Shown here: one piece after another, positions 27,390 through 30,512 of the stretch | Position numbering within the stretch: position 1 is the first letter of the stretch | Layout of the letters: each line of letters starts with the position of its first letter | The notes under the pieces: generated by a model | Told to the model about the DNA's origin: nothing | The model's input: only the letters and a program-made list of their open reading frames with translations | The model's database searches: none | Assembly (NCBI GenBank): GCA_038207335.1 | Contig: JBBQZX010000039.1 | Coordinates: 1 to 30,512 of the forward strand | DNA: 30,512 bases | Reading direction: 5' to 3' | Origin: Chthoniobacterales bacterium | GTDB taxonomy: Bacteria; Verrucomicrobiota; Verrucomicrobiia; Chthoniobacterales; Chthoniobacteraceae | Translations under genes and position numbers: made by a program

Positions 27390-27418
27390 AGGATGAGTGC
27401 GGCTAATCGCGGTGTCAA
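27390..27418 (-). promoter_or_regulatory. Putative sigma70 promoter of the LysR gene
   Basis: Perfect TTGACA-17 nt-CATCCT on the - strand, 11 nt upstream of the ATG. Adjacent to an AT-rich T-N11-A stretch at 27421-27438. Confidence 0.6.
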
Positions 27419-27437
27419 AAATGAATCGCTTTAACTT

Positions 27438-28175
27438 ATGATCGAAATTCACGACCGACTTGCGGCTGTCCGCGCCGAGATCGCCGATGCCGCCGCGCGG
27501 GCACATCGCGCTCCGGATGACATCGAACTTGTCGCCGTTTCAAAAACGCATCCACCTGAAGCCGTGCGCGAGGCGCTCGACGCGGGCGTGAGTCTCTTCG
27601 GCGAAAGCCGCGTGCAGGAGGCGCGCGCGAAAATCCCGCTGCTGCCATCGCGCGCCCGCTGGCACTTCATCGGCCATCTTCAAAAGAACAAACTGCGGCA
27701 CGCGCTCGCGCTAGGCTTCGAGCTGATGCACGGCATCGACTCGCTCGAACTCGCGCGCGATCTCGACCGCGTCGCGGAGGAAATCGGGGCGCATCCGCGC
27801 ATTCTCCTCGAGGTCAATGTCGCGGGCGAATCGACCAAATTCGGCTTCTCCCCCGGCTCGCTCCGCGCGCAGATCGAGTCCCTCCTCGCGCTCGGCCGCC
27901 TGCAAATCGACGGCCTCATGACCATCGCGCCCTTTCACCCCGACGCTGGGCATTCGCGCCCATTTTTCGCCGCGCTCCGCGAGCTGCGCGACTCGCTCCA
28001 GCGCGATTTTTCCATCACCCTGCCACAGCTCTCGATGGGCATGAGCGGCGACTTCGCGATCGCTGTGGAGGAAGGCGCCACCTTGATCCGCGTCGGCACC
28101 GCGATCTTTGGCACGCGCCGCGGCAAGAGCTGGAAACCGCAAAATGACTCCGCGACATTTGCCCCGGATGATTGA
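27438..28175 (+). CDS. yggS: YggS family pyridoxal phosphate homeostasis protein
   Basis: LVAVSKT, FGESRVQE, WHFIGHLQKNK, LSMGMSGDF..AVEEGATLIRVGTAIFG. Confidence 0.96.
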   Translation: MIEIHDRLAAVRAEIADAAARAHRAPDDIELVAVSKTHPPEAVREALDAGVSLFGESRVQEARAKIPLLPSRARWHFIGHLQKNKLRHALALGFELMHGIDSLELARDLDRVAEEIGAHPRILLEVNVAGESTKFGFSPGSLRAQIESLLALGRLQIDGLMTIAPFHPDAGHSRPFFAALRELRDSLQRDFSITLPQLSMGMSGDFAIAVEEGATLIRVGTAIFGTRRGKSWKPQNDSATFAPDD

Positions 28176-28178
28176 ATA

Positions 28179-28499
28179 GTGCCCGCCGTGCCGCCGCGCC
28201 TGCTTCCAGTCAACATCCAGTCCATCGGCTCCGAACTCGCGATCTCCTGGAACGACGCGACCGAGTCTTTTCTCCCGCTCGAGATGCTGCGCCGCGCCTG
28301 CCCGTGCGCCGCGTGCGGCGGCGAGCCCGATATTTTGGGAAACATCGACCGCCCCGACGTGCACTACACACCCGCGAGTTTTACGCTCCGCAAGTTCGAG
28401 ATCGTCGGCGGATACGCGATCCAGCCGGCGTGGGGCGATGGCCACGCGACGGGGCTTTACAGCTACCCGTTTTTGAAAAGACTCGCCGGTACGCCATGA
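28179..28499 (+). CDS. DUF971 (gamma-butyrobetaine hydroxylase N-terminal-like) protein
   Basis: LRRACPCAACGG, VGGYAIQPAWGDGHATGLYSYPFL. Confidence 0.9.
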   Translation: MPAVPPRLLPVNIQSIGSELAISWNDATESFLPLEMLRRACPCAACGGEPDILGNIDRPDVHYTPASFTLRKFEIVGGYAIQPAWGDGHATGLYSYPFLKRLAGTP

Positions 28500-28957
28500 A
28501 CCGGTCTGGAAAACTCGCGCTCGTTCTCAGTTCATTCGCGGTCTGCGCGACGGCTGCCATCGTGCATCGCGGCATGGAAATCCGGCGCACCGCACCGAAA
28601 CCCGCCGACCTCTACGAAGTCGTCTGGCGGCAGATTCGCGCATTCCGAAAGGCCGATTATTCGCAGGCTTACCAGCAGGTCTCGGCCACGTTTCAAGAGC
28701 ACTTCAACATCGAAGAATTCGCCGACATAGCCCGCACCGACTACCCCGATTTGACCCGCGTTGAACGCGTGGAATTCGGCTCGCTCAACTTCGTTGCCGC
28801 GCACGCGATCATTCAGGTCTATTTCATCCTGCCCGAAGGCGAAGTCGTCCCGTGCCTCTACAGCCTCGTTCACGAGGAGGACGTGTGGAAAATCGAGACC
28901 GTCCGCGTGCTGAAACGCTGGCCCGCGACCCGCCGCCTCGGCGGAATGCGGAGCTGA
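28496..28957 (+). CDS. DUF4864-like membrane-anchored protein
   Basis: ATGA overlap with the DUF971 gene; N-terminal hydrophobic helix; QIRAFR..DY..AY...S..FQ..F....F......YP; Y.LV.E...WKI. Confidence 0.8.
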   Translation: MNRSGKLALVLSSFAVCATAAIVHRGMEIRRTAPKPADLYEVVWRQIRAFRKADYSQAYQQVSATFQEHFNIEEFADIARTDYPDLTRVERVEFGSLNFVAAHAIIQVYFILPEGEVVPCLYSLVHEEDVWKIETVRVLKRWPATRRLGGMRS

Positions 28958-28967
28958 TCGAGTCGCC

Positions 28968-30512
28968 CTAGAGCGTCCCGCGCGTAACCCCGAGCTGCGA
29001 CTGCGCACGCAGCGCGCGCCACAGATTTTCGCCGTCTTGCGCACCGCTCAGCAGCGCCTGATACGCTGCGATCGTCTCCGCGGATTGCGCCGCATTTTCC
29101 TCCAGTAGCTCCACGCGAAAATGCCGCAGGCCCGCGCCCGCGAGCACATCGAAAAACCGCGCGCCTGTCTGCGGCACCGCATTGAAAAGCGTGTTGCGGC
29201 AGCCCACATCCGCGCGCAGCGGATGTTCCATCCCAACCCGATCGCGCAACCGCACGCTGTGCTTTTCGCACGGCCGCCCGCAGTCCAGAAACGTCGTCCC
29301 CTTCGACATGAATGCCGCGAAAACGCAGTGCTCCATGTGAAACATCGGCATGTGCTGATGCAACGTCAGCTCGAACCAATCCGGCGGCGCGTCCGCCAGT
29401 AAATCGACCACCTGCTCGAGATTCAGGTCGTAGCTCACCGTCACACGCTCCAGCCCTTTCCCGATGAAATGCTGGGCCGTCAGCGGGTTCGCGACATTGA
29501 GTGAGAAATCGCCGATCCGCCGCAGCGAAGTGCGCTCGCGGAAATAATCGATCGCCCCAAGATTGCGAATCAGCACGCCATCCGGCGCGGCGTTCTCGAT
29601 CATTTTGAAAAAGCCCGTCTCCCCGGCTTTTTGAATCCTCGGAGTCGCTAAAAAAATGACGCTCCCCGAGCCGCTCGACCGCACCGCCGCGACCGCATCC
29701 CGGTATCGCCGCAAATCCTCGAAATCCGCGTAGATCATCTGCACATCGGTCTTCAGCGCCGCCTCGAGCTGCTCCTGCGTTCGGCAAAGCACGCTCAAAA
29801 CACTCACTGCCTCCCCGCCACACGCCCTCTCCGAGTTCAACGCCGCACCCGCGTTTCTCGCAAACGCCTCACGCCACTTCTCCTGCGATTCCGCACGCTT
29901 CACCGCGCCCGCCGCATCGAGTGCAAACACCAGCTCGCGCCGCAACCGGTTCATTTCTCCGATCGGTAAAATCACCTCGCCGTCCAGCTCATTCACCAAC
30001 TCGCCAAGCTCATAAACAGACTCCCCAAACCGCCCGAGATGCTCCCGCAATTTCTCCGTCGTCAGCGGTGCTGTGCGCGCCGTCTGGAGCAACACTGCGG
30101 AGCGCGCGCTAACCGGAGCAGGCTCGCACGTTTTCACGCACATCGCCTCACCCGCGCGACCGCTCACTCGCACATCCACGCCCACGCGACACCGCGGCTC
30201 GATCCGCCCGGAGAAGCTCTGCTGAAGCCGCTTCGCGAGCGCCGGGTCATCCGTCTTCCACACCCGATCCCCGGCTTTCAGCCGCGCAAAATCGACCCGC
30301 CCGTGCTGGAAAAAATAGCGCGTTCCTTTCACCTCGAAGATGCGCCCGCCCTGCTCCGCATCCGTGTCGCCGCCCGTGTCGAAAACGATCCCATCGCCCG
30401 GCACCAGCGGCACTTCCGCATTCAGTTCGATGAAGTCGCGCCCCACCCGCGAGATGCGCCCCGCAAGCGGCCCGCGCTTTTTTCCAAACCGCGCGCCGAC
30501 GAGTTCCTGATG
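28968..30512 (-). CDS. U32 family peptidase with DUF3656 (RlhA-like), 3' part
   Basis: Frame is open to the window end (HQELVGARFGKKRG); PGDGIVFD, LGRFGESVY, GDFSLNVAN, HQHMPMFHMEHCVF, DCGRPC, GCRNTLFN. Confidence 0.92.
   Translation of the reverse strand, partial: HQELVGARFGKKRGPLAGRISRVGRDFIELNAEVPLVPGDGIVFDTGGDTDAEQGGRIFEVKGTRYFFQHGRVDFARLKAGDRVWKTDDPALAKRLQQSFSGRIEPRCRVGVDVRVSGRAGEAMCVKTCEPAPVSARSAVLLQTARTAPLTTEKLREHLGRFGESVYELGELVNELDGEVILPIGEMNRLRRELVFALDAAGAVKRAESQEKWREAFARNAGAALNSERACGGEAVSVLSVLCRTQEQLEAALKTDVQMIYADFEDLRRYRDAVAAVRSSGSGSVIFLATPRIQKAGETGFFKMIENAAPDGVLIRNLGAIDYFRERTSLRRIGDFSLNVANPLTAQHFIGKGLERVTVSYDLNLEQVVDLLADAPPDWFELTLHQHMPMFHMEHCVFAAFMSKGTTFLDCGRPCEKHSVRLRDRVGMEHPLRADVGCRNTLFNAVPQTGARFFDVLAGAGLRHFRVELLEENAAQSAETIAAYQALLSGAQDGENLWRALRAQSQLGVTRGTL

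Noticed and set aside
1..30512. CRISPR arrays, tRNA/rRNA genes, transposase or integrase genes
   Set aside because: No regularly spaced repeats, tRNA T-loop/cloverleaf, rRNA-like sequence or DDE/tyrosine/serine recombinase motifs were seen by eye; tRNAscan-SE and Infernal would be needed to exclude divergent RNAs.

Overview
High-GC bacterial DNA whose gene content and style fit Verrucomicrobiota (Chthoniobacterales/Spartobacteria-like; inferred, not proven). From about 9.5 kb onward it is mostly housekeeping genes: cytochrome c/DUF2231 protein, trmB, an exbB-exbD-TPR-comEC operon, uvrC, a deoxyhypusine synthase-like gene with a DUF2278-like gene and an ABC ATPase, ruvB, a stand-alone MnmC-type methyltransferase, a Lon N-domain protein, mtnP, a LysR regulator, yggS-DUF971-DUF4864 and a partial U32 peptidase. 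The left 9.3 kb, after the 3' end of ppdK, is accessory. It holds an intact PIN/DUF433 toxin-antitoxin pair, two secreted proteins and a DUF1501 gene. These are interleaved with at least five broken genes: a flavin reductase with an apparent microhomology deletion, an Aas-like fragment, a collapsed FG-GAP-like gene, a PD-(D/E)xK nuclease relic and a Fic C-terminus split by an apparent small inversion. Kilobase-scale G/C skew blocks do not follow gene orientation. I saw no tRNA, rRNA, CRISPR array or intact transposase/integrase. Family assignments come from motif recognition by eye; no searches were run.
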